From Candidatus Latescibacterota bacterium (GTDB lineage: Bacteria; Latescibacterota; UBA2968): a stretch of 64,000 nt of DNA. Shown in pieces: positions 18,864 to 28,076 of this stretch. The notes under the pieces were generated by a model that saw nothing but the letters and a program-made list of their open reading frames with translations, had not been told where the DNA came from and did not search any database. Position numbers and translations under genes: made by a program. Within the stretch, counting starts at the first letter, position 1. Each line of letters starts with the position of its first letter. The stretch is from contig OZ242195.1 of assembly GCA_965205975.1 (NCBI GenBank), forward strand, positions 1,952,001 to 2,016,000. The letters are read 5' to 3'.

Positions 18864-20588
18864 ATGGCGCAGAACGCCCTGCAACAAGTAACACAAGGCT
18901 CCTTTCCCGGCATGTGCCCGGTCAAGGATGCGCTGAATAAGCTGGCGCAAGCCGGAATTGAGGAACGCGGCGCAATTTTTACAAAGCGCGAGGTCGTCGA
19001 ATTCATCCTTGACCTTGCTGGCTATACCGCAGACCGGCCTTTGCACAAGATTCGCCTGCTTGAGCCTTCTTTTGGTGGTGGCGATTTTCTTCTTATCGCG
19101 ATCGAGCGCTTGCTCAAGGCCTGGGGCGAGCGAAAAGGTAAAACCGATCCGGGAGAAATGCTGACCAATGCCATTCGAGCTGTCGAGTTACATGACGATA
19201 CATTTCAGACAACGCGCGAGAAGGTCATCGCCGTGCTCAAGGCGGAAGGGCTTGAAACAAAGTCGGCCACGGCTCTTGCCGATACCTGGCTCATCAAAGA
19301 CGATTTTCTTCTCACGCCGATGCCGTTTGCGTTTGGTTGCGTAGTCGGCAATCCGCCTTATGTGCGGCAAGAACTGATTCCCGATGCGCTCATTGCCGAA
19401 TACCGCATTCGCTATACGACCATATTTGACCGCGCCGACCTCTATATCCCATTTATCGAACGTTCGCTCAACCTGCTGGAGCCGGGCGGTGCGCTTGGAT
19501 TTATCTGCGCTGACCGCTGGATGAAAAACCGTTATGGAGGACCGCTGCGCAAACTGACTGCTGATAAATTTCATTTAAAAATGTATGTCGATATGGTCGA
19601 TACACCGGCCTTCCATGCAGATGTTATTGCCTATCCAGCGATTACTATTATCGCCAATGAAAAGCCGGGCAAAACTCGCGTCGCGCGCCGTCCCGAGATT
19701 AAGCCAGCAACGCTCAAGGCTTTAAGCAAGACCCTGCTAGCAAAAGAAGAGCCTACCCCAGAGAGTGGGGTCAAGGAAATGACCGGAGTTGCGGCGAGCG
19801 TTGAGCCTTGGATATTGGAGTCATCCGACCAGCTTGCCCTTGTCCGGCGACTGGAGCGAGATTTCCCGCTAATCGAAGAGGTAGGGTGTAAAATCGGCAT
19901 CGGTGTCGCTACCGGTGCAGATCAAGCCTTTATCGGTCTCTATGACGAGTTGGATGTAGAGCCGAATCGCAAACTACCACTGGCGATGACCCGCGATATT
20001 CTCACAGGTACCGTCAAATGGCGCGGCTTTGGCGTCGTCAATCCGTTCGCCGATGAAGGAGGGCTTGTTGATCTAGCAAAATTCCCCAAACTCAAAACCT
20101 ATCTGGAAGCCCGAAAAGACCAAATAGCAAAACGACATATTGCAAAGAAATCACCTGCTAACTGGTATCGTACGATTGATCGTATCTATCCGGCCCTTGC
20201 CAGTAAGCCGAAACTGCTAATCCCTGATATCAAGGGCCAAGCCCATATCGTCTATGAATGCGGCAAGCTGTACCCGCACCACAACCTTTATTTTATCACA
20301 AGCGATGAATGGGATTTGCACGCGCTGCAAGCCGTGCTGCTATCGGGTATCGCCCGCCTGTTTGTATCGATCTATTCGACCCGGATGCGCGGCGGGTACT
20401 TGCGATTTCAGGCGCAATATCTGCGCCGTATCCGATTGCCTTACTGGCAAGACGTGGATGAAAAGCTCAAAAATGCTCTGAGGGAAGCTGCTAATCGCCG
20501 CGACATTGACGCCTGCAATGCGGCTGTATTCGAGTTCTATGGATTATCAAAGGACGAGCGGGCTGCACTCGGCGGCAGCGATAAATAA
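18864..20588 (+). CDS. N6-adenine DNA methyltransferase, PaeR7I/XhoI-like (gamma class)
   Basis: [16 protein letters not shown] (motif I), VVGNPPY (motif IV), ADLYIPFIE. Followed by a PaeR7I-like REase fragment. Confidence 0.92.
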   Translation: MAQNALQQVTQGSFPGMCPVKDALNKLAQAGIEERGAIFTKREVVEFILDLAGYTADRPLHKIRLLEPSFGGGDFLLIAIERLLKAWGERKGKTDPGEMLTNAIRAVELHDDTFQTTREKVIAVLKAEGLETKSATALADTWLIKDDFLLTPMPFAFGCVVGNPPYVRQELIPDALIAEYRIRYTTIFDRADLYIPFIERSLNLLEPGGALGFICADRWMKNRYGGPLRKLTADKFHLKMYVDMVDTPAFHADVIAYPAITIIANEKPGKTRVARRPEIKPATLKALSKTLLAKEEPTPESGVKEMTGVAASVEPWILESSDQLALVRRLERDFPLIEEVGCKIGIGVATGADQAFIGLYDELDVEPNRKLPLAMTRDILTGTVKWRGFGVVNPFADEGGLVDLAKFPKLKTYLEARKDQIAKRHIAKKSPANWYRTIDRIYPALASKPKLLIPDIKGQAHIVYECGKLYPHHNLYFITSDEWDLHALQAVLLSGIARLFVSIYSTRMRGGYLRFQAQYLRRIRLPYWQDVDEKLKNALREAANRRDIDACNAAVFEFYGLSKDERAALGGSDK

Positions 20589-20757
20589 GAGTCCCCTAAT
20601 AAAACCTTTTATGGCATTTAGGCTGAGTTCTATTACTTCTGAGTGTCGAGGTGAATATGCCGGAACACTATGTTGTGGGTAACAGATTGTAGCGTAGAGG
20701 GTGTAACACGCGGCGGTACCCGAGGATCAATGAGTTGGTGAACGGGGTCAGAGACTC
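20589..20757. mobile_element. Putative MITE/IS remnant (169 bp)
   Basis: TAA|GAGTCCC ... GAGACTC|TAA: short imperfect terminal inverted repeats flanked by a TAA direct repeat, one copy being the MTase stop codon. Confidence 0.45.
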
Positions 20758-20779
20758 TAAGATCTAAGAAAGAATTTTT

Positions 20780-21046
20780 ATGGCGATTGATCTGGCAAAT
20801 TACGAACAAAAAGCACGTGAGGCAGTCCAGGCATTTTGGGGCCATCGCGAACAGGCGCGACAGAAACAGATCAACACTAGCAAGGCGGACCAAGGCGAGC
20901 GTGCCGGCGTCACTGCCGGAAAAAACATGGACGGGTTTTTGGCCTTGGTAATGGATATTGTCAAGGCCAATGGAGCAGTTGCTTATGCACATCTGGTTAT
21001 CCCACGAGGACAGATGCGGCCACCTCACCCAGAAAAAAATAAATAG
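20780..21046 (+). pseudogene. Truncated PaeR7I/XhoI-type restriction endonuclease
   Basis: [30 protein letters not shown]...[27 protein letters not shown] matches the R.PaeR7I N-terminus as I recall it. Similarity stops after ~65 aa, so the catalytic region is missing. Confidence 0.85.
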
Positions 21047-21129
21047 CCTGCTTGCACCGCTCTTCGGCCATGTGATTGGTTCTAAAATTCGCGCTCATCT
21101 TATACCGTATTTCACAATAGGTCTCCTTC

Positions 21130-22503
21130 CTACGCCCAATTCTTCGGCCAGTCAAAATGCTCGTTGATATCTTCCACGTATTTCATCGGCTCATTGGGTT
21201 CGATATTAAACAACGCGTCCAGCACCTCCACCCCGTGCTCGTAAGACCTTGTCTCTTTGCTCTCCAGCACACCAAATAGCATCATCGACTTATCGCCCGA
21301 CAAAACCGCCTCGAGCGTACGCTCCATATTGAGCCAATCGGGATAAATGCACTCCAGCATAATTTTTTTAGGCAATGGCGGCACGCGCAAAGGCTGAATC
21401 CCCTTCTTATTCACAATCGCGGGAACCTCCACCGCCACATCGTCGGGAATACCCGGCAACACGCCGTGATTGGGCACATTCACCTGAAACTGCCCTTCCA
21501 CATTGTTCACCAGCCCATTCATAATCGGAATATGCTGCTCGTGCGTCATCTGATCACCAAAAAGATCAACCGGCCGAATTTTCTCATCATAAGCCGCCGC
21601 CTTCATCTGCTCGTATTTTTTTGCCTTGCCCGCCAGCACCGCATCGCGGCCAGCCGGCGTGTCTTTACCGCCATTGGGATCATACCAGTATTTCCGCGCC
21701 TCCAAATCCGTATGATACCACCAGCCGCCCCGCCGGGGCGTATCGCCAATAGGCATCAAACCATACATTTTGTATTGATGAATCGATGCACGAGACATCT
21801 GCGTGGGAATCGCCTTGCCCTCTCGGGCCAACCGCTCCCAATACGCCTCGCTCTCCTCGGCAATCCATCGATCCAACTTCGGATACATATCCTCATTTTC
21901 ATAGATAAAATCCGTCATCCAGATATTGTGATTCAACCCCGGTGCCTGCCACGTCACCTCATCCGGGTCCAATCCCAATGTGCGCGCCACCCCCGCGTAG
22001 CCATAATGCCCGTGACACAACCCGCACACCTTGATCCCCGTCTCCCGCGTCATCAATGTAGTTCCGGCAAAAACTGGATTACCCGCCAGCAAAATCCACG
22101 CATCGGGACACAGCTTCTCCATATCCTGCGCCACATCCAGCATCAGTTGCAAATTGTGATACTCGGGCATCCCGGTCTTATCGTAAAAATAACCGAGCTT
22201 CGCCGTCATCTTGCGTCGCCGCTGCATAAAATACTCATTGTGCGTCACCGTCGCCGTATTAATCACAAAATCGGCATCCTTCAACGCAGCCTCCCTGCTC
22301 GTTGTCTTCTCAAACGTCATATCCGCGCTCAAATCCTCGGCATATCGCCGCCCGAGTTCGTAAATCACATCGAGCACTTCCTCGTTGATATCCATAAAAC
22401 AAACGTGGCTGCCATTCAACTCCTTTGTCAGACACAAATCCTTCACCAGACCGAGCGAAAACACCACGCTACCCGCACCAAAAATCGTCACCTTATTTGC
22501 CAT
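21130..22503 (-). CDS. Family 4 glycoside hydrolase (NAD+-dependent, AglA/alpha-glucuronidase-like)
   Basis: Start at MANKVTIFGAGS. DADFVINT, NP, GLCHG, GLNHNIW, PIGDT, VNVPN.G..GIPDDVAVEVP. Confidence 0.92.
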   Translation of the reverse strand: MANKVTIFGAGSVVFSLGLVKDLCLTKELNGSHVCFMDINEEVLDVIYELGRRYAEDLSADMTFEKTTSREAALKDADFVINTATVTHNEYFMQRRRKMTAKLGYFYDKTGMPEYHNLQLMLDVAQDMEKLCPDAWILLAGNPVFAGTTLMTRETGIKVCGLCHGHYGYAGVARTLGLDPDEVTWQAPGLNHNIWMTDFIYENEDMYPKLDRWIAEESEAYWERLAREGKAIPTQMSRASIHQYKMYGLMPIGDTPRRGGWWYHTDLEARKYWYDPNGGKDTPAGRDAVLAGKAKKYEQMKAAAYDEKIRPVDLFGDQMTHEQHIPIMNGLVNNVEGQFQVNVPNHGVLPGIPDDVAVEVPAIVNKKGIQPLRVPPLPKKIMLECIYPDWLNMERTLEAVLSGDKSMMLFGVLESKETRSYEHGVEVLDALFNIEPNEPMKYVEDINEHFDWPKNWA

Positions 22504-22618
22504 TGCACACTCCCTATAAAAACATGAAAAACAGCACTCTCGCACAATTTACGACATAACATCTAAACCCGCCAGTCATTCAGAAACAGGTCTTATGATA
22601 AAAAACAGCGCAAAGACC

Positions 22619-22646
22619 TTGACTTGATGTGTAATATATGTATAAT
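22619..22646 (+). promoter_or_regulatory. Sigma70-type promoter of the BrnTA-like locus
   Basis: TTGACT-16 bp-TATAAT, overlapped by repeated TATATGTAT (possible operator). Confidence 0.6.
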
Positions 22647-22840
22647 TATATGTATCGAAATATGTCAATCAATATGAAATTGTGTAAAGTAAGGAAAGTA
22701 GTGTTGTGAATATAGATTACGTAAATACCCCTTCTGATATTGCAGAAGCAATTGAACAGGCAGAAATCATTGAGGACTTTCTGCCATCACTCTATCAACT
22801 TGATCTGAAGGAAGCGACGGGGAACAGGTTTGATTCTTTC

Positions 22841-23141
22841 ATGGTCAGAGAAAAAAGCCCTATAACAAACTTTGAGTGGGATTCTCAAAAGGACATTATT
22901 AATCAGTCTAAACACCAGGTCTCATTTTCCGAGGCCCAGCTTGCGTTTAGGGATTCTCATCGCATCATCGCCGTTGACCATAAACACAGCACACCTGAAG
23001 AAACGCGATATTTTTGTTTTGGAAGGGTTGGAGGATCGCGTCTTAACAGTTCGATTTACCTATCGGACAGACAACATTCGCATATTCGGTGCCGGTTATT
23101 GGCGCGAAGGAAGGAAGCGTTATGAGCAAGAAAAAATATGA
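22841..23141 (+). pseudogene. brnT: BrnT-family toxin with +1 frameshift near 23030
   Basis: FEWD..K...N..KH.VSF.EA...F.D and HS..E.RY..FG in one frame; VLTVRFTYR..NIRIFGAGYWREGRKRYE in another. An extra G in gtt-G-gag-gat explains the shift. Confidence 0.8.
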
Positions 23142-23367
23142 GAAAGCACCTTCTGATATTGCAGAAGCGATCGAACAGGCAGAAATCATTGAGGATTTTC
23201 TACCGCCACCTGATCAACTCGTCCTCAAAGAAGAGACCGTAAGGATCACACTGAACCTCAACAAAAAGAGTGTCGATTTCTTCAAGCTAAGAGCAAAAGA
23301 AAACGGCATTCCCTATCAGCGTATGATCCGCAAAGTGCTCGATATTTACGCCGAGCGATTTGTATAA
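23122..23367 (+). CDS. BrnA/CopG-like RHH antitoxin
   Basis: RITLNLNKKSVDFFK..A...GIPYQRMIRKVLDIY; overlaps the toxin 3' end. Confidence 0.85.
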   Translation: MSKKKYEKAPSDIAEAIEQAEIIEDFLPPPDQLVLKEETVRITLNLNKKSVDFFKLRAKENGIPYQRMIRKVLDIYAERFV

Positions 23368-23408
23368 ACCGCTCCGAATTGTGATCTCTCCTAACCAATC
23401 GTATAGAC

Positions 23409-24197
23409 TCAACGATTCAGACGTCTTTTCCATTCATCGCCATCAAATTGCGGGTGATACACCTCGCTGAAAAACCGACGGTGTTCTGGCGAAAGTGAAT
23501 TGAGCATCTCGCCAGTAAAACCGGGTTTGTGATGGCGCACATTGATGTGATTATAAGCGTAAAACAGAGCCATCCTCGGCACATCCTGCGTCCATACACA
23601 AGACGTATGGCGCACCGCCTCGGAAAAAACCAGCAGAGAACCCGGCGGACAGCCATACGTATCCCACACCCCCGAATCGGGATCGTCGAACAAAGGCAGC
23701 TTTTTCCTGTAATTGGACTTGTGGCTCCCCGGAATAAACGCCGTCCCACCTTTCCCCTTCTCCACGCCATTTAATTCCCAAACCACCCTCGTCATACCGG
23801 AGTAAATCCGCCCATCGTGGTACTGATAGCTATAATTGGGATTCACGGACTTACCCCCGGCATGCGGCGTCCATCCCCTGTGATTATCTCCCTTGAAGCG
23901 ATAAGACAAAAACGCGCCTTCCAGGCGGATCTTCTCAGTCTCATCGTCGATAACCGTATGTAACACCCGCATAATCGCCGGATGATCGATCAATTTCGAC
24001 GCTGGACCACCTGGCAAACAACGCGCCTCGGGCGGCAGAGACGCTTTATCGGTACGCAATTTCTCACACTGTTCCACAATCGGCGCAATCTCATCCTCGC
24101 TCAAAACAGCCGGAAAAAGAATATACCCTTTCAGATCAAACATCACGGTCTCTTTCTCCGTCAAAGTCGGCGTCCACTCTTTAGTCGAAATACCCAT
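23409..24197 (-). CDS. PhyH-family Fe/2OG enzyme with HxG motif
   Basis: FDLKGY, IPGSHK, PGSLLVFSEAVRH; first metal ligand motif reads PHAG rather than HxD. Confidence 0.8.
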   Translation of the reverse strand: MGISTKEWTPTLTEKETVMFDLKGYILFPAVLSEDEIAPIVEQCEKLRTDKASLPPEARCLPGGPASKLIDHPAIMRVLHTVIDDETEKIRLEGAFLSYRFKGDNHRGWTPHAGGKSVNPNYSYQYHDGRIYSGMTRVVWELNGVEKGKGGTAFIPGSHKSNYRKKLPLFDDPDSGVWDTYGCPPGSLLVFSEAVRHTSCVWTQDVPRMALFYAYNHINVRHHKPGFTGEMLNSLSPEHRRFFSEVYHPQFDGDEWKRRLNR

Positions 24198-24320
24198 CGC
24201 AAACCTCCTGTCTTCCGGTCAACGGTCAGTAGCCAGCCTTGTTCCCGTCCCCTTCTTCCAATTTTTAATTCCTAATGAACTGGTCTGAACAGCGACCAGT
24301 TGTACATCACTCCCTAATTT

Positions 24321-25628
24321 TTAATTGCGTTCCACCCACCATTTGTCCCGATGCTTTTCAGCCAACACCTTGAGTTCTTGCGCCACCTCGGGATACTCGT
24401 CAATCACATTCGTCGTCTCGTAGGGATCGTTCTCCATATCGAAAAGCGACAACTCGATATGCGCGGTCTCGTATCGCCCTGGCTCTCCGTCATTGCCCAC
24501 TTCTACAAGCGTGCGATAATCGTGTGGCAAATGCAACTTCCACTTGCCATCGCCACTGACCACCCCATCGAAATTCCGCCCGGTTGACACCGGATAATAC
24601 ACATGCGAATTCGTCGCACCCGGCTGGCACGTCACAATATCCCAAACATCGACCCCATCAATCGTATAATCCGGCAAATCCGCCCCCGCCAACTTCGCAA
24701 ACGTCGGCAAAAAATCCACCGAACAAAATGCCTGATGCGATACCTCACCCGCTGGAATGCCATTGGGATAGTGCATCACACACGCCGAACGCGTACCCCC
24801 GTCAAAACCCGTACCCTTCGCCTCGCGATACGGTGTCTTTCCCGCGTGATTGCCATAAGAAATCCACGGACCATTATCCGATGTAAAAACCACAACCGTA
24901 TCATCTGCCACACCCGCTTCTTCAAGCGCGTTCATAATCTCCCCCACCGACCAATCGATCTCCATCATCACATCGGCATACAAACCCTCCCCCGATTTTC
25001 CGTCAAACTTATCGCTGCAAAACAGTGGCACATGCGGCATATTGTGGGGTACATACAGAAAAAACGGCTCACCGGCATGACGCCCGATAAAATCGACCGC
25101 ATGCTCTGTGTACCACGTCGTCAGCATCTTCTGCTGCTCTGGCGACACATCGTCAATAACGATCTCTCCATTTTTCCAGAACTGCAAACCAAACTTATCG
25201 AAATTCCTGCTCTGCGGATGGTATCTCCACATATCATTGGAATACATCAAACCCGACGACTCGTCAAAACCCCGAGCGGGCGGGCGCGTATCCTCGTGAT
25301 CCCCAATATGCCACTTGCCAAACACGCCTGTTGCATAACCCACGGGCTTGAGCACCTCGGCAATCGTGGCAAAACTCGGATCCAAACCCCGCGCCCGGGG
25401 CGGAATCGCGCCATAAACCTTATGCCTGCCCGGATAACATCCCGTCAACAACGAAGCTCGCGACGCCGAACAAACCGCCTGAGGTACGTAAAACTGGTGA
25501 TAACAACATCCCCCTGCAGCCAATTTCTCCACATTGGGCGTCGGATACGCCGTCTCTCCAAATGGCCGAAAATCTGCCCATCCAGAATCATCTAAAAAAA
25601 TCACCACAAAATTTGGTCTTCGGTTCAA
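24321..25628 (-). CDS. Arylsulfatase-family sulfatase (Cys-type)
   Basis: RPNFVVIFLDD, CSASRASLLTG, GKWHIG, FTSDNGP, ELSLFDMENDPYE. Confidence 0.93.
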   Translation of the reverse strand: MNRRPNFVVIFLDDSGWADFRPFGETAYPTPNVEKLAAGGCCYHQFYVPQAVCSASRASLLTGCYPGRHKVYGAIPPRARGLDPSFATIAEVLKPVGYATGVFGKWHIGDHEDTRPPARGFDESSGLMYSNDMWRYHPQSRNFDKFGLQFWKNGEIVIDDVSPEQQKMLTTWYTEHAVDFIGRHAGEPFFLYVPHNMPHVPLFCSDKFDGKSGEGLYADVMMEIDWSVGEIMNALEEAGVADDTVVVFTSDNGPWISYGNHAGKTPYREAKGTGFDGGTRSACVMHYPNGIPAGEVSHQAFCSVDFLPTFAKLAGADLPDYTIDGVDVWDIVTCQPGATNSHVYYPVSTGRNFDGVVSGDGKWKLHLPHDYRTLVEVGNDGEPGRYETAHIELSLFDMENDPYETTNVIDEYPEVAQELKVLAEKHRDKWWVERN

Positions 25629-25736
25629 GATATGATCCTCCTTTTTACAGTATGCATTGTTCTTGACGACAACGCCCTACTACCCGATTATTATAGAACG
25701 AACTTGCTTTATCAGTCAATCTCCATGGAGCTTTCA

Positions 25737-26639
25737 ATGGCAACCATCTACGAAAAAGCCACCTCTCGCGTTACCGAAGACGACGTGGCCTTTTATCGCG
25801 AAAATGGATACCTCGTAATCCCCGATGCACTCACCCCCGAAGAAGTCGAAACCCTGCGCGACGAAACCACCGCTCTGTGCCGCGGGGAGCGCGGCGACAT
25901 AGGCAATTTACCAGCCGTCTCGCCCGACGATACCGATGAGGATGTAATCAAACGCATCCTATGTATCCACCACGTACATAGAATCTCGCCCATCATGTAC
26001 GACGCGCTATCCCATCCCGTAATGGTCGATGGCCTCACCAGCGTCATCGGACCCAATGTCAAATGCATGCAATCCATGCTCTTCATCAAAAGCGCGGGAA
26101 AACCCGGACAAGCATGGCATCAGGATGAAATCTACATCCCCACCCGCGACCGGTCGCTCACGGGCGGCTGGTTTGCCCTTGACGATGCCACCACTGAAAA
26201 CGGCTGCTTGTGGGTCATTCCCGGCTCGCACAAACGCGGCATATTGTGGCCCCAACACGTACAGCACGACAAGCGCTTTGACTGCGCCCATGAAACCTTC
26301 CGGTTTCCCTATACAGATGACGACGCCATCCCCGTCGAAGTCAAAACCGGTGCGCTCGTCTTCTTTCACGGCTACCTGCTCCACCGCTCGTTCCCCAACC
26401 GCGCCAAATCCGGCTTCCGTCGCGTACTCGTCAATCACTACATGAGCGCGGAATCCCTCCTCCCCTGGCGCAATTTGAAACCCGGCGAACGCATGGCAAC
26501 CGCAGACATGCGAGAAATCATCATGATCGCAGGCGAAGATCCCTATGCGTACAAAGGCACCAAAATAACGGGACAACCGAATGTGCGCACGGCTGGCGAT
26601 GGCGGATGCGGCGACGGCAGGCAAGACGTGCGATCCTGA
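25737..26639 (+). CDS. Phytanoyl-CoA dioxygenase family protein
   Basis: Start after GGAG RBS. FYRENGY, WHQD, ALDDATTENGCLWVIPGSH, LLHRS.PN, RR. Confidence 0.92.
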   Translation: MATIYEKATSRVTEDDVAFYRENGYLVIPDALTPEEVETLRDETTALCRGERGDIGNLPAVSPDDTDEDVIKRILCIHHVHRISPIMYDALSHPVMVDGLTSVIGPNVKCMQSMLFIKSAGKPGQAWHQDEIYIPTRDRSLTGGWFALDDATTENGCLWVIPGSHKRGILWPQHVQHDKRFDCAHETFRFPYTDDDAIPVEVKTGALVFFHGYLLHRSFPNRAKSGFRRVLVNHYMSAESLLPWRNLKPGERMATADMREIIMIAGEDPYAYKGTKITGQPNVRTAGDGGCGDGRQDVRS

Positions 26640-26644
26640 AACGC

Positions 26645-28060
26645 TCACTGGTACTGATCGCCCGGCGCGGGTTGGTACGTTTTCGCAATCTCCGGGTCGG
26701 TCTCTGTATCCTCAATCAGTTCCAAAAGCGCCCTGTGCAACCGCCTTGCTGCTTCGGGATGCTCGACAATCACATTGTTTTCCTGGCCGGAATCTTCTGG
26801 CATATAAAACAACTCATCCATGCGGCGCTCTGGCATATTGCGACAATCGTAGCGCTCGGTGCGAATCGGTTTGGGTCCCTTGTATTTCAAATCTTTATTC
26901 GGCCAATACACCAGCGTCCAGGTGCCATCGGTTATCGTAGCAGGCACAGTACCCCAGCTATCATTCAAATTGCGCCCGCTAATTGCAAAATCCCGGTGCT
27001 TCACCGTCTTGCCCGACAAAACATCGGCAAATGCTTCCCCCTGCACGCCATTGGGCACATCCAATCCCGCCAATTCGCAAAGCGTCGGAAACACATCCAC
27101 CGGCTGCACCAGACTATTCACCTGTTTGCCCGCCATCGCCCCATCCGGATGATACACCATAAACGGGATATGAACCATCGGATCGTAAAGCTGCCCCCAA
27201 TCTCCCCAGGGCTTGCCCTGCAAACCGTGGTCGCCAAAATAGTGTCCGTGATCTGCCATCAGCAAAAAAACCGTATTCTCCTTTAAGCCCAACACATCTA
27301 TCGTATCCCACAACATCCCCAACCACCGATCCGTCATCGTCACCTCAGCCGCGTATAACGCGCGCACATGGTTGAGTTCCTCATCCGTCATATAATTGCT
27401 GAACCCATAACACGGATAAATAAGCTCATCGCCTTCATAACCCGGATCGTACATATCCACATAATACTGTGGCGGATCCCACGGCTCGTGCGGATCCCAC
27501 GAATCAATCCACAGAAAAAACCCATCCTTCACATAATTCCGCTCCAGCCAGTGCATCGCCTCGGTAAACACGCGGGGACCCAGATAATCCGATTCAAACA
27601 AACGCCCGCGCTGATTCGCCAGATAGCGCATCACCCCGGATTTTACTTTATCCTCACTGGCCGGCCATTTGATCTCCTGCAATTCATCGCTAATCCACGG
27701 CTCACCCCCCTGCCCGCGAATCCACGAAATAGAACCAAATCCGCGATCCAAAAAATTGCCCTGGGTCATAAACATCGGCGTATCAAAAACCAGCCCCGTT
27801 GTGTACCCCGCACGCCGAAAACGCTCGGCCATCGTGGGCAAATTCTGTTCCATTTTATCCCATGTATTAAACGGATGCCCCCACCGTCCCGTAAACAAAT
27901 CGCGTCGGCACGGCAGGGTTGGAAACGACCCCGAATACGCCTTTGAAAACACCAGCGACTCACGCGCGATGCGGTTCATATTCGGCGTCCTTGCCCGGTC
28001 GCCATAAGCACCCACGTGATCTGCCCGCAACGAATCCAGCATCACACAAATAACGTTCAT
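26645..28060 (-). CDS. Sulfatase-like hydrolase with Thr in the nucleophile position
   Basis: Start at MNVICVMLDSLR. SFPTLPCRRDLFTGR, DPHEPWD, ADHG, ELFY..D..QE.N. Confidence 0.88.
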   Translation of the reverse strand: MNVICVMLDSLRADHVGAYGDRARTPNMNRIARESLVFSKAYSGSFPTLPCRRDLFTGRWGHPFNTWDKMEQNLPTMAERFRRAGYTTGLVFDTPMFMTQGNFLDRGFGSISWIRGQGGEPWISDELQEIKWPASEDKVKSGVMRYLANQRGRLFESDYLGPRVFTEAMHWLERNYVKDGFFLWIDSWDPHEPWDPPQYYVDMYDPGYEGDELIYPCYGFSNYMTDEELNHVRALYAAEVTMTDRWLGMLWDTIDVLGLKENTVFLLMADHGHYFGDHGLQGKPWGDWGQLYDPMVHIPFMVYHPDGAMAGKQVNSLVQPVDVFPTLCELAGLDVPNGVQGEAFADVLSGKTVKHRDFAISGRNLNDSWGTVPATITDGTWTLVYWPNKDLKYKGPKPIRTERYDCRNMPERRMDELFYMPEDSGQENNVIVEHPEAARRLHRALLELIEDTETDPEIAKTYQPAPGDQYQ

Positions 28061-28076
28061 ATATTTCTCCTCATTC

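Larger units (their letters stand above)
16420..21128. mobile_element. Genomic islet bounded by 27-bp direct repeats, no integrase
   Basis: ataccgtatttcacaatagAtctcctt (16420-16446) and ataccgtatttcacaatagGtctcctt (21102-21128), 26/27 identical. Cargo differs in composition from the flanks. Confidence 0.8.
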
